A stretch of DNA of 54,740 nt, from assembly GCA_018715145.1 (NCBI GenBank), contig DVMD01000095.1, positions 1 through 54,740 on the forward strand. The letters are read 5' to 3'. This DNA is from Candidatus Onthocola stercorigallinarum. GTDB taxonomy: Bacteria; Bacillota_I; Bacilli_A; RF39; UBA660. A program made the position numbers and the translations under genes. The notes beneath the pieces were generated by a model. It worked only from the letters and a program-made list of their open reading frames with translations, searched no databases and had not been told where the DNA came from. Positions 17,042-26,984 of the stretch are shown here, piece by piece. Numbering within the stretch: the first letter of the stretch is position 1; each line of letters begins with the position of its first letter.

Positions 17042-18796
17042 CTACCTTTTTATATATCCAGCAACAAAACCTTGTAATGTTGCTTGGTATAGCCCGAACG
17101 GTTTATTCGAACTAAACTTTAATTGTATATCCTTAAATTTTTTGTCTTTTATTCTATAAGTTATATAACCTTTTTCATCACTCAATGTCATTTTTTCTTT
17201 CTCAACTCCATCAACTATAGTACTTACTTTTATAGCATCGTTTTCCATTGGCTTTAAATCCGCTACATTACCTCTTTTATTAGTAGTTTTAGTATAACTA
17301 GGATAACCGAAGTCATCTTTATATGTAGTCCAATAACTTTGAATATCTACTCCATTATCATTAGTTCCTGCTAACTTAAACAATTGTCCTGTAGCATTAC
17401 TTAAATATAATTCCCCACGATATTCTTTAATGAAAGTTATATTATTTGGTAATTCCCAATAAAACCACTCATACTGAGGCGAACCACTACTATCTTGATA
17501 TCTTGCCCTACCATCAGCTAAAAACACTTTAGAGCCCACCAAACACATTAAATAGCCATTGTATTCGCAGAGTTTAATATTATTATAATCTTCTTCATGT
17601 ATCATTTTGGTATCTACTAACGAACTTCTATGTTGGAGTATTTGCTCACTATACATAGAAGTACTAGATATTGCTTCTAATCCATTTTTGGAAAAATAAA
17701 CTATGTCATCATTAAAATTAATGCCACAAGAAACACATCCTAATGCAACACTACCATTTACACTAGGATAAATCTTCCCATAAGTACTATCTAATGTCGG
17801 AGACATATAATAAACACTACTACTATTTTGATTTATTTCCTTAATTACCCATAATACATTATTGCCAGGTATTATTGCTTTAATATTCGCTAAATCAAGA
17901 CCACACTCATAATAAGCAGTATCTCTAATATATCTTGGATCATTTAATTCACAATGAAATACTGCATTAGGGTAATCAGGATTACCACTAAAGAAAATTC
18001 TATTATCAAACTCACAACTTAAATTACAATTCAATATCCTTTCTTTATATCCTTGTGTAGTTTTACTGAATGTAATTATTACTTCACTATCTTTTTCTGG
18101 AACAGTGTTAAATGTAATAATTCCTTTTTCTCTATCAACAGTAAAATCTATATTTTCTACTTTAGTTGTACCATCTATAGTAGCTTGCACTAAAGAAATG
18201 GTAGCAGAATCCAATTCCACAGTATCCAACTGATAATTAGTACTTTCTCCATCTCCAATAAACATATTTTTTCTAAAATTACTTAAAACATTAACTGATT
18301 GATAAACTAAATCAGTATCTGTATCGGAATCTATTGTAGTAGAACCATCAGGATTTTTCTTATATGAAGTTATAGGAATAGTTCCTTCAACTTTTTTCAT
18401 AGTAGTCCCATCATATTCAAGATAATTTATTCCATCCATAAAAAAGAATATATTATCATATACAAAGCTTCTACTTTGTTTAGGATTTAAACCACTAAAT
18501 AATTCTTTGGTTACTTTAGGAGTTGTTGGGTAATTAGTCCACTCTAACATCTTAGTCCCACAATGAATTAAGACATGTGTATAATCGTTAATTGTATAAA
18601 AAAAGAGACCAAATATTTCATTATCAAAAGTCTCTAATAATGTCATACCTGGTCTAGTCTCAATACATTCGCTATCCTTATAAGTTTTCCACATATTTAA
18701 GGCATCAGGACTTCTATAATAATTAGTATCATTTTTAGAAAAATCTACACCACGAAAGTTAGTGTATTTTCTAGTAATTAAGTCATCTAATGCCAT
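17042..18796 (-). CDS. Tail structural protein (tail hub/tubular candidate)
   Basis: 584 aa with beta-rich composition. Its position follows the adaptor-sized genes downstream of the capsid gene. Confidence 0.35.
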   Translation of the reverse strand: MALDDLITRKYTNFRGVDFSKNDTNYYRSPDALNMWKTYKDSECIETRPGMTLLETFDNEIFGLFFYTINDYTHVLIHCGTKMLEWTNYPTTPKVTKELFSGLNPKQSRSFVYDNIFFFMDGINYLEYDGTTMKKVEGTIPITSYKKNPDGSTTIDSDTDTDLVYQSVNVLSNFRKNMFIGDGESTNYQLDTVELDSATISLVQATIDGTTKVENIDFTVDREKGIITFNTVPEKDSEVIITFSKTTQGYKERILNCNLSCEFDNRIFFSGNPDYPNAVFHCELNDPRYIRDTAYYECGLDLANIKAIIPGNNVLWVIKEINQNSSSVYYMSPTLDSTYGKIYPSVNGSVALGCVSCGINFNDDIVYFSKNGLEAISSTSMYSEQILQHRSSLVDTKMIHEEDYNNIKLCEYNGYLMCLVGSKVFLADGRARYQDSSGSPQYEWFYWELPNNITFIKEYRGELYLSNATGQLFKLAGTNDNGVDIQSYWTTYKDDFGYPSYTKTTNKRGNVADLKPMENDAIKVSTIVDGVEKEKMTLSDEKGYITYRIKDKKFKDIQLKFSSNKPFGLYQATLQGFVAGYIKR

Positions 18797-19401
18797 TATA
18801 AATCAATCCCTCCTGTGATAATTGCCATACTTTGAGTTTTACGAGAATCAATTAATCCTTTTAACTCACTATATCTTTCATAAAAGTATCTACCATAACC
18901 GCTAATCATATCATTTTTAAGCAAATCTGATGCTATTCCATAAGGCATTATTTCTTGCAAATCTAAATCTAGTTCAATTTCAAACGATTCATCATATTCT
19001 GCACTTACTTCTTCTTTAGTTTGAGTTGATGTAGCCTCAAATGTTAAATCCATTAGACTAGGGTATTTATAATAATAAATGGTTATTTCCTTTGGTAATT
19101 CTAAATCTTCTGTATTAAATATAATTTCAATATTACCAACAACATTATATTCAATATCAGGTATGGTATTTAATTGATAAAAATCAGGTATAGAAGACAA
19201 TGCTAAGGTTTTATTGTTCTCATTTAATGTATAAGAATACTTAGCAGGTATTTTTCTATACTTCATTAAATCCAGCATTATAGAGTTAATAACGCCATTT
19301 ATTTTATAAATTACATCTTGATCATCAGCAAGTTCTGTTCTTTCAGGGTAGTACTCTTCTATAAGAGAAAAAGTCTTAATTTTCATTTCCTTGGCTGTCA
19401 T
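18796..19401 (-). CDS. Head-tail adaptor candidate
   Basis: 201 aa. Called from position only. Confidence 0.3.
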   Translation of the reverse strand: MTAKEMKIKTFSLIEEYYPERTELADDQDVIYKINGVINSIMLDLMKYRKIPAKYSYTLNENNKTLALSSIPDFYQLNTIPDIEYNVVGNIEIIFNTEDLELPKEITIYYYKYPSLMDLTFEATSTQTKEEVSAEYDESFEIELDLDLQEIMPYGIASDLLKNDMISGYGRYFYERYSELKGLIDSRKTQSMAIITGGIDL

Positions 19402-19750
19402 TATATACCTCTTTCATAGCAAGTAATTCCGCTTCGATTTCATCAAGTGTAGACATTTGATATTGTGGAATAATATATCCTTGTTCTTCATCCCATATAA
19501 GAATTACTCCTGTCGGAATTTCTTGAACAATTTTGCTCTCTTCTTTAGAAATAACTTTTTCTTCTTTACCATTTCCTAGAATAGTTATTGTCCTTTCTTC
19601 ATTAATATAAGTTGTAAGAACTCCATTTTCCATAACTTGATGAACCTTTTTATTTTCTGTCCATTCATCAAATTTTAAAGACTTATTTACTTTTCTTCCA
19701 AAATATTGTCTTAAACTTGGTTTTAATGTGTAATATTCTATTTTTTCCAT
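19376..19750 (-). CDS. Small head-associated protein (hypothetical)
   Basis: The start is moved to the ATG at 19750 (AAAGGA RBS 8 nt upstream) from the track start at 19756. It follows the capsid gene terminator. Confidence 0.3.
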   Translation of the reverse strand: MEKIEYYTLKPSLRQYFGRKVNKSLKFDEWTENKKVHQVMENGVLTTYINEERTITILGNGKEEKVISKEESKIVQEIPTGVILIWDEEQGYIIPQYQMSTLDEIEAELLAMKEVYNDSQGNEN

Positions 19751-19810
19751 AATCATTATCCTTTCTTGGTCGTGTTTGTTAGAATTGCACTAACCACTGC
19801 TTTTAACACG

Positions 19811-19830
19811 AAAAAAGGAGCCGAAGCTCC
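19811..19830 (-). terminator. Intrinsic terminator downstream of the major capsid gene
   Basis: The minus-strand RNA reads GGAGC-UUCG-GCUCC-UUUUUU: a GC stem, a UUCG tetraloop and a U-tract. Confidence 0.7.
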
Positions 19831-19835
19831 AATTA

Positions 19836-20801
19836 CTAAATGCTAGTCTTTAAACAAACAATTTCTTTAGGTCTAACTAATAAACCACCATATACATATA
19901 AACCTTTTTGAGCAGTTTCAAAACCATCTTGAACTTCGTAATTTACTACTTTTTCAATTTGTTCTGCAAATGCAACTGCCTTTCCAGTTCTTAAGAAGTT
20001 TAAAACTTGACCATAACCAGTTATTTCATAATAAGTTGAAATAGATTCTTTACTTGGAGTTGCAACTTCTGAATAAGTATAACTTCCAGCAGAACCACTT
20101 TGCGTATAATATGTCTTACCTTCAACTATATCAGTGTCTTCAGTTAAAGCATAAGTCGGGTTTAATTTAGGTAATAAGTTTTCGATAGAAATTAAAGCAT
20201 TTCCATATTTACCTAAAAATCCTTTCTTAGCCATTTCAACATTGTTAGTATATAGTTCAGTTAAGTTTTGTCTTATCTTAGTGAAGAAGCCAGGATCAGT
20301 TTCAAGGTAAAGTTCAGTTTTTTGCTTAACATTATTTCTATAAAGTTTAGCAAATCCATCTTCAACCTTTTCAATAGCATTAGTTTTAGTTGCTGAAGTT
20401 GCATCAATAACTTCAACATCACCTGCATCAACACCGTCATTAACCAACTTAGCTACATATTTGTCGCCTTCTTCAGTTAATGCGATTGCTCCTTCTTCAC
20501 AAATTGCTTCTAGTGCTCCAGGAACACTTTGAGCCTTATACACATGGTCAATTCCAACATTGAAATAATACATTTGGTCTAGTTCAAATTCTTGTTTAGT
20601 TACACTAGCAGCATCTCTTTTAATAGGTACTCCTGGTGTATATTTTCTTACTAATGGTCTATCAGCATTTAAAATTATGACTTTTCTAGCATTTTTTGTA
20701 TCACGCTCATATTTAAAATCGCTGTGATTTCTTAATGAAGTGATAGTTCTTAGGGCGCGTTCATACCCTTGATGCCATATTGTTTGAAGTGCATCATTCA
20801 C
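19836..20801 (-). CDS. Major capsid protein
   Basis: 321 aa. It lies directly after the scaffold gene and is followed by a strong terminator. Size and position are typical for this role. Confidence 0.6.
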   Translation of the reverse strand: MNDALQTIWHQGYERALRTITSLRNHSDFKYERDTKNARKVIILNADRPLVRKYTPGVPIKRDAASVTKQEFELDQMYYFNVGIDHVYKAQSVPGALEAICEEGAIALTEEGDKYVAKLVNDGVDAGDVEVIDATSATKTNAIEKVEDGFAKLYRNNVKQKTELYLETDPGFFTKIRQNLTELYTNNVEMAKKGFLGKYGNALISIENLLPKLNPTYALTEDTDIVEGKTYYTQSGSAGSYTYSEVATPSKESISTYYEITGYGQVLNFLRTGKAVAFAEQIEKVVNYEVQDGFETAQKGLYVYGGLLVRPKEIVCLKTSI

Positions 20802-20823
20802 TTAAAATCATTCCTTTCTTTTT

Positions 20824-21681
20824 TTATTCTTTCCATTTCTTCATTGATGCTAAAGCTCTTTCCCATACTCCTGGCTTATTCCAGTCATCATCAGATAGAT
20901 TTTTAACATCTGTAGGCGAATAGAAGTCCTTCGTTTCTTTTTGAGCTACAGTATCCTTCATACTTCCCATTGCAACAGGTTTAGTTTTGCTATCCCTAGT
21001 CTTTAAATAAAGATTATAAATATCTCCAATAGGAGTTTTAGAATTAAATTGATTTTTAAAGTCTATAAAGTCTTTATCATTCAAAATATCCTCTGTAGCA
21101 CCAAGTTTCAAAAGATTACGCTTATTATCTTCTTGCGTTAGTCTTTCAGCTAAAGTATTAAAGACAATTCGTTCTCTTTCATTCAAGTTCTTATATTCTT
21201 TAGCAGCAAGTCTGTTGGCTTCATTAAGCATAGACTCATATCCATCATCGATAAAGTCTTGTGCATCTGCTTTAGCAAGAACTTCAACTTCCCTAGATGT
21301 TAATCCAGGTTTATAAACATCAGGCAATTTAACACCTTCGGCAGTGTAATATTCACGAAGTTTTTTATTGGCTTCATCAATATTGTTAGCTCCTAAAGCA
21401 CTTTTAAGAACATTCTCAGTATCCTTATATACTGACAATTCTTTTTCTTTTTGAGCTTCAAGCTTTGCCATTCGGCGATTGACTTTCTTCATTACAAGAT
21501 TGTCAATTTCCTCATCAGTCATAAATCGCCCTTTTGGTTGTTCTTCTTTTGTTTCTTCAACAGTTTCTTTTTCTGTTTCAGCGGTATCAGTTAACTCTAT
21601 ACCTTCCCCAAATTCTTCTACTGCTTGGGCATCAGTATTTTCAGTAACTTCTTCAGTGACTTTTCCGATTTCTTCTTCCAT
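20824..21681 (-). CDS. Scaffolding protein
   Basis: Highly acidic, helical N-terminus (EEVTENTDAQAVEEFGEGIELTDTAETEKETVEETKEEQ). It lies between the portal and capsid genes. The start is moved to the ATG at 21681 (AGGAAAGGAAAG RBS). The track start at 21726 is a GTG without an RBS. Confidence 0.6.
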   Translation of the reverse strand: MEEEIGKVTEEVTENTDAQAVEEFGEGIELTDTAETEKETVEETKEEQPKGRFMTDEEIDNLVMKKVNRRMAKLEAQKEKELSVYKDTENVLKSALGANNIDEANKKLREYYTAEGVKLPDVYKPGLTSREVEVLAKADAQDFIDDGYESMLNEANRLAAKEYKNLNERERIVFNTLAERLTQEDNKRNLLKLGATEDILNDKDFIDFKNQFNSKTPIGDIYNLYLKTRDSKTKPVAMGSMKDTVAQKETKDFYSPTDVKNLSDDDWNKPGVWERALASMKKWKE

Positions 21682-21775
21682 AAAAAATCTTTCCTTTCCT
21701 ATTTTTTTGGCAAGTGTTTGCTTCACTCACACCATGGCTTTTAGTGTCATCAATGCTCGGACAATAAAAAAGCAA

Positions 21776-23488
21776 CTACATTTGAGTCGCTTGATTAATC
21801 ATTTGATTACCCATTTGTGATATCGCTTCAATATCTTGTTGATTAGCAATATTTTGTTGGGCTTGGGCTTTTAACTGTTGGGCTTGAAGTTCCATTTGTT
21901 CAATGGCTTTACTTCTTTCTTTTCTTCTTTTTAATAGATCTAGCAATTTACTTTTAGGCATTGTTGAATCATCATCCAAAAGACTAACATAATCCTCTAA
22001 TAACTGTTGATTTTGTGGCAAAAACAATTGTGATTGAGTTAGATTTTCAATAGATGATTCTTGCGCATACTTGTCAAAAGCACTCTTTGGAGTAACATCT
22101 ATTTTAATATTAAGTTTTAATGTTTCCAAAATTTGTTTTGGAATGATTACTAAATTTTCTACTACTTCTCCAGTTACAGCATCAGTTGATTCATCCACTA
22201 CCATTAAATCATCAGAATATGTCTTTAACATATCAAAGATTATAAGACCAATATCCTCTATGAATTGCAATACATTAGCACTTTGTTCATTAAGTGGTTG
22301 TTCACTCGCTCTTTGAACTGCTAAAATTGCTTTTCCACTTGCTTCATCTGGTTGAATTTGACCTGTCGCCATATCTCCAGCACCAGCAAGTTCTCTTGAT
22401 ACTGAAATAAGTTCGTTTTGTAAATTAGCTATATCTGGGCTAATAGTACCAGGATTAGTAATTCTAAAATATTTACTAATATCTTCTACACTGCCATCTT
22501 TAATTCGAATAGTTGATCCAACTTTGTTTAAAGCTTCAGGATTTTGAATTTTATCCTCATTAACTACTTTATATGGATACGCTATACTTTTAGCAATAAA
22601 AGCTCTTCTTGTAGCAGTTTTATTAACCTCAATTTGATTATCAATGTGTTGTTCTACTTCGCCTATACCACGAGCATTTCCTTCGCAATCTTCCCAATTC
22701 AAATGCGCAACTGGATAATATGTAAGCCCTGTATCTTGGTCTTTAGTAATCGTCACATATTTAACAGATTCTGAAAAATGAATTGTACCATCTTTTTTAT
22801 ATAAAAATGTAACAATCGTAGTCATGTCATCAACTTCATCTTTGGAACTATCCCCAGACTCATCTTGAGTAAAGTTATCACCATGAATATTTAATATTTC
22901 TTCTTCTTTAACACCTTTACTTCTAGCATATTCTCGTGCATTAATAACATTAGAACGCCTTTTAATTAAAATATATGGTTGATTTTGTATATCATCATCG
23001 TTTTCATTGCCATACATAACATCAACTTTAGATTTTAATTCTGTTTTAGGCATTTGAATCTCTTCATCCCAATACCAATAAGATATTATTTCCCCATTAA
23101 TTGCAGCTTTTCTAACAGCCTTTTTTAATTTATAATCTAACTTATTTTTTTCCCATATTTTTGAAGCTTCTTTAGTTAACAATTCGCTAGCCCGTTTTGC
23201 TTCTGTTCTAAATTCTTGAGGCTCAAAATTATCAGAATTATAAATAATAGCATAATTAGTGCTTGTTACTACACCAACTTTGTATTTAACTATCGGTTTA
23301 ATGTAATTGATTTGAATTAATTCTACATTTTTACCTACAATGGCATTATCCCATTGGTTACCATTAAAGAATCTAAAATTCCTATCAGTAGCAGAGTAAT
23401 AGCCTTTATTACGCATATACATAGCGTGTTTTTCATATAACTGCCATATATCTGTTTCAACTAGTGTTTTTAAATCATCTATGTCCAT
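21776..23488 (-). CDS. Portal protein
   Basis: 570 aa. It lies downstream of the large terminase. The N-terminal pattern (RNFRFFNGNQWD) and acidic C-terminal coiled coil are typical of SPP1-type portals. Confidence 0.7.
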   Translation of the reverse strand: MDIDDLKTLVETDIWQLYEKHAMYMRNKGYYSATDRNFRFFNGNQWDNAIVGKNVELIQINYIKPIVKYKVGVVTSTNYAIIYNSDNFEPQEFRTEAKRASELLTKEASKIWEKNKLDYKLKKAVRKAAINGEIISYWYWDEEIQMPKTELKSKVDVMYGNENDDDIQNQPYILIKRRSNVINAREYARSKGVKEEEILNIHGDNFTQDESGDSSKDEVDDMTTIVTFLYKKDGTIHFSESVKYVTITKDQDTGLTYYPVAHLNWEDCEGNARGIGEVEQHIDNQIEVNKTATRRAFIAKSIAYPYKVVNEDKIQNPEALNKVGSTIRIKDGSVEDISKYFRITNPGTISPDIANLQNELISVSRELAGAGDMATGQIQPDEASGKAILAVQRASEQPLNEQSANVLQFIEDIGLIIFDMLKTYSDDLMVVDESTDAVTGEVVENLVIIPKQILETLKLNIKIDVTPKSAFDKYAQESSIENLTQSQLFLPQNQQLLEDYVSLLDDDSTMPKSKLLDLLKRRKERSKAIEQMELQAQQLKAQAQQNIANQQDIEAISQMGNQMINQATQM

Positions 23489-23503
23489 TGGCTATACCTC
23501 CTT

Positions 23504-23743
23504 CTAAATATGTTTTTGACTTTCAATAGTGCCATCGTAATTGTTTATATTGTCCCAACTTATTCTATCTTCTTCTGATAGTCCATCATCACTAATTTTA
23601 TTGTTTATAACTTTATTTATTGGTTCGCTTAATGGCATCTCTATTTTTTCTTCATTCTTAAGTTTTTGACCATTTTTAAGCCCTAACGTATAAGCTATTA
23701 TTACGAATAAACCAAATAAAGCACATAATACTATTGTTTCCAT
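23504..23743 (-). CDS. Small membrane protein
   Basis: 79 aa with an N-terminal TM helix (IVLCALFGLFVIIAYTLGL). Confidence 0.4.
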   Translation of the reverse strand: METIVLCALFGLFVIIAYTLGLKNGQKLKNEEKIEMPLSEPINKVINNKISDDGLSEEDRISWDNINNYDGTIESQKHI

Positions 23744-23883
23744 TGTTTATCACTCTTTTTCTTTTTAACTTTAGTTTTTTTTAACATATTTTTACATTCT
23801 TTTTTAATTATTCGATAAGCCTCTGCTCCATCTGAAATTACATTAGGCGTTGCTCTTAACTTACGCAGCATTGCTTTCTTCAT
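23731..23883 (-). CDS. Small Lys-rich protein
   Basis: The start is moved to the ATG at 23883 (AAAGGAG RBS 7 nt upstream). It encodes MKKAMLRKLRATPNVISDGAEAYRIIKKECKNMLKKTKVKKKKSDKQWKQ. Confidence 0.35.
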   Translation of the reverse strand: MKKAMLRKLRATPNVISDGAEAYRIIKKECKNMLKKTKVKKKKSDKQWKQ

Positions 23884-24124
23884 TTTCTTTCTCCTTTCCA
23901 AAATATTTTTTTTCAAGCTCCTCTATTTTCTTTTTTAACGCTAAGGAAAACATTTCTTTCGCTTCCTTCTCAAAAACAGAATATTCTTTTTCCATCTCTT
24001 CGTACTTTGGTCGACATTCTTTACATAAATCAACCAAACTATTAAGTTCTAAATTAACACAGTTAAACCTTTCTTCTGTTTCCATTAGTATTTTCTTACA
24101 TTTATCACATTGAATAACTTTCAT
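23861..24124 (-). CDS. Small zinc-ribbon/coiled-coil protein
   Basis: 87 aa with CDKC...CKEC Cys pairs. Confidence 0.4.
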   Translation of the reverse strand: MKVIQCDKCKKILMETEERFNCVNLELNSLVDLCKECRPKYEEMEKEYSVFEKEAKEMFSLALKKKIEELEKKYFGKEKENEESNAA

Positions 24125-25491
24125 ATAATCACTATTTCCTCTCCCCAGTCTCTTTGAGCTGGTTTTTCAAAATCAAAATTAAATGTTATTTCTTTATTTA
24201 TTACTTCTTTAGTAGGTGCTGTTCTGCTTACACAGAAATACCTTAACGCATCTGTTATATGTGTAGGTTCATGCGGTTCAGTTGCTACATCATTAGGTTC
24301 TTTTTCATCATGTTGTAACTGTGGTAGATACTTAATAAGATTTAAACAATTACTAAATATCTTTAAATCGCTATCTTCATACAACTCTCCGGTTTGTTCA
24401 TGCCTAACTTTTTTTATTCTCAACCACTCTTTAACATTTAACCAACCTGCTATTCTATTGTTGCTGGCTTTAGTTAAATCAATTCCACCTTCCCAAAACA
24501 ATTCTGCAGTGCTCTTACCAGTATCTCTATTACGATTCCACAAATCAGGTGGTGCATAGATATACTTGTATTTATTCTGTCTCATATAACTTTTTAATGT
24601 TTGAACCGCCTCACTAACTATCAGATTTGTTTTATGTATCTCATTATACACATAAGCCTTTCCTTTAGTGTCTATTGCAATAAAAAGAACTGCAAACATA
24701 TCCAATCCGTAATCCATTGCAATATATCTATTCCAATTATCGGGTATTTTAAATGGTTCTATTATATGAATGCTTCTTTTAAATTCAGGAAAGAACATGC
24801 CATCGTATATGTCCCAATCGCCATATTTTAATGCTTTTCTTTCTTTTTCTGGTAAAGCATCCAATCTTTTAATATAATCCGGATCATATTCCAGCATAAA
24901 TTTATTATCAGTAACTAAACTAGGAATAAATATCCGTGTTACCTCTTCTCCAGTTTCTAATTTACAATTATGAATTACATTAGGTTCACCTATATCAATG
25001 AACCTTTCCTTTACCCAAGCGTGACCTACACCTCCTGGATTAGTAGAACTTTTTATTCTTTTAGGATATGTATTAGCACCACGACACCTTGATATCATGT
25101 ATGTATACATAAATTCAGTAAAATGAGTTAATTCATCAAATCTAATAACATCGTATTCAGCAGATTGATACTGATATACATCTTTTTCATATTGAATATA
25201 TCCAAAATCAATAATACTTCCGTTATTAAACTTCCAGGTATGTTTGGAACTATTATAGTCTGCTATTGATAAAGGATATAAATCTAAACTAACACGAATA
25301 AGTGATTTTTCTAAATCAGCAAATGTGCTTCTAAATATTATTTGTTTGCTTTTGGGATATTTCAATGCATATAATAATGCATCTATCAATTGACCATAAG
25401 ATTTACCTCCACCAGCAGCACCACCAAATAAAGTTTCAAATGCATCAGATTTAAGAAATTTTTCTTGCTTCTTTGTTATCGATATTTTCAT
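24121..25491 (-). CDS. terL: Terminase large subunit
   Basis: 456 aa with a Walker A-like motif (FGGAAGGGKSYG), a Walker B-like motif (YDVIRFDELTHF) and a C-terminal nuclease-type acidic pattern. It lies immediately after the small subunit. Confidence 0.85.
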   Translation of the reverse strand: MKISITKKQEKFLKSDAFETLFGGAAGGGKSYGQLIDALLYALKYPKSKQIIFRSTFADLEKSLIRVSLDLYPLSIADYNSSKHTWKFNNGSIIDFGYIQYEKDVYQYQSAEYDVIRFDELTHFTEFMYTYMISRCRGANTYPKRIKSSTNPGGVGHAWVKERFIDIGEPNVIHNCKLETGEEVTRIFIPSLVTDNKFMLEYDPDYIKRLDALPEKERKALKYGDWDIYDGMFFPEFKRSIHIIEPFKIPDNWNRYIAMDYGLDMFAVLFIAIDTKGKAYVYNEIHKTNLIVSEAVQTLKSYMRQNKYKYIYAPPDLWNRNRDTGKSTAELFWEGGIDLTKASNNRIAGWLNVKEWLRIKKVRHEQTGELYEDSDLKIFSNCLNLIKYLPQLQHDEKEPNDVATEPHEPTHITDALRYFCVSRTAPTKEVINKEITFNFDFEKPAQRDWGEEIVII

Positions 25492-25865
25492 TACTCAACA
25501 ACTCTTATTTCTACTTCAAATTTATTGTTTTCGGTACTTTCTCCATTGGCAAGTCGCATTTTATCGTATAATGTACCAATAACAGTCGTTAGATTATTAA
25601 TCGGTATATCTTCTTTATCTAATTCTTTATCCAATTTACCTAAAGCCTTATAAATTAATCTATTGCAGTAATCTGAAAAAACTTCTTTTTTCTTTTCGTA
25701 CTCTTTCGGATTACTTTCAATTATTTTTTTTACTGTCTTATCAGAAATACCACATTGTTTAGCAGTAGCATTATAGCTATTAGTAAGTGCATAACTTGCA
25801 ATTACTTCCGCTTCCTTTTTACTATCTATTTTTACTCCGCTAGCCATACACTCACTTCCTCTCAT
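25491..25865 (-). CDS. terS: Terminase small subunit (HTH type)
   Basis: N-terminal HTH (SYNATAKQCGISDKTVKKII). It lies upstream of terL with overlapping stop and start codons. The start is either the ATG at 25865 (ATGA overlap with the upstream small ORF) or the ATG at 25847 (GAGGAAG RBS). Confidence 0.65.
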   Translation of the reverse strand: MRGSECMASGVKIDSKKEAEVIASYALTNSYNATAKQCGISDKTVKKIIESNPKEYEKKKEVFSDYCNRLIYKALGKLDKELDKEDIPINNLTTVIGTLYDKMRLANGESTENNKFEVEIRVVE

Positions 25866-26029
25866 TCATAATACTCATCAATGTCATCATCTATTTCGTC
25901 AAAATATTCATAATCGTCTTCGAACACAATACAACTCCATATTTCTTCTTTAAAAGCACTAGCTATACATATAATAATTGTGAATAACAATAAAGTTATC
26001 AACAATATTATTTCAACTATAATATTCAC
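25862..26029 (-). CDS. Small TM protein with an acidic tail
   Basis: Hand translation from a GTG that overlaps the upstream TGA (GTGA): VNIIVEIILLITLLLFTIIICIASAFKEEIWSCIVFEDDYEYFDEIDDDIDEYYE. It ends in an ATGA overlap with terS. Confidence 0.35.
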   Translation of the reverse strand: MNIIVEIILLITLLLFTIIICIASAFKEEIWSCIVFEDDYEYFDEIDDDIDEYYE

Positions 26030-26454
26030 TTTCTTCTCACTCTCTTCATAGGTTCTTCTAATGCTGGACGATATAAGTATTCATCTTTAATTAAATAATT
26101 GCCTTTCTTTCCACGATCTGAACAATGCTCTCTTTCAAAACAATGCAAAACATCTAGGATATATCTTAAATTGTCCATGTCCAGATAGCCTTTGATATTT
26201 TCGTCTATCATCTCACTTGTTATAGCACTAAACATATCATAATCTTTAGCTTCAATTAAATGAAGATATTGATGGCTTGTTTTTCCGCATAATATAGCTC
26301 CATTACTAATCGTTTCAGGACCACCATTTCTACGGGCAATAATATTATGATGATATGTATATATATCACCTTTTTGTAATGAATACCCACAAAAATCAAA
26401 ACCTAATTTATCAATTTTATATATTTTTATCATATCTTTAACAATTTGTTTCAT
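26026..26454 (-). CDS. HNH endonuclease (terminase-associated type)
   Basis: YTYHHNIIARRNGGPETISNGAILCGKTSHQYLH is an HNH signature. The start is moved to the ATG at 26454 (GGAG RBS). It lies directly upstream of terS, as in cos-type phages. Confidence 0.7.
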   Translation of the reverse strand: MKQIVKDMIKIYKIDKLGFDFCGYSLQKGDIYTYHHNIIARRNGGPETISNGAILCGKTSHQYLHLIEAKDYDMFSAITSEMIDENIKGYLDMDNLRYILDVLHCFEREHCSDRGKKGNYLIKDEYLYRPALEEPMKRVRRK

Positions 26455-26971
26455 TATATCTCCAAATATAACCACCACTGGATTTGATTTTTCCCTTGCA
26501 ACATTCAACTATATGTCGACTTTTGGTTTCTTTTGTTGCTGATCTTATTCCATCCCAAATTTTAATAATATTCATATTCATATCGTACTGAACAACTGAT
26601 TTTTTTAATCTGGTTTTAGATATTTTCAAATTATGATTACCATAATTGTTGTTGTATTTGTATGTACACCATTCCAAATTATTGACATTATTATTTGTTT
26701 TATCTTCATTCTTGTGATTAATACAAGAATAATTGTTTGGATTCTCAATAAAGGCTTGTGCAACTAGCCGATGAATATATTTAACATTTCTTTTCCTATC
26801 TTTCATCAAATACACTATATAATATCCATTACCATTATTACACGGCATTAATATTTTATTTCGCCTTATATATTTTCCACCAGCATACATTTGTAATGAT
26901 TTTACTCTACCATAATTACTAATTTGATATAAGCCTTCAAAACCTTTAATATCTTTCCAAATCTCTCTCAT
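26438..26971 (-). CDS. Free-standing homing endonuclease (NUMOD4 + HNH_3 type)
   Basis: IWKDIKGFEGLYQISNYGRVKS (NUMOD4 motif), HRLVAQAF and INHKNEDKTNNNVNNLEW (HNH). It is a paralogue of 32581-33105. Confidence 0.8.
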   Translation of the reverse strand: MREIWKDIKGFEGLYQISNYGRVKSLQMYAGGKYIRRNKILMPCNNGNGYYIVYLMKDRKRNVKYIHRLVAQAFIENPNNYSCINHKNEDKTNNNVNNLEWCTYKYNNNYGNHNLKISKTRLKKSVVQYDMNMNIIKIWDGIRSATKETKSRHIVECCKGKIKSSGGYIWRYNETNC

Positions 26972-26984
26972 TTATTTCTCCTAT

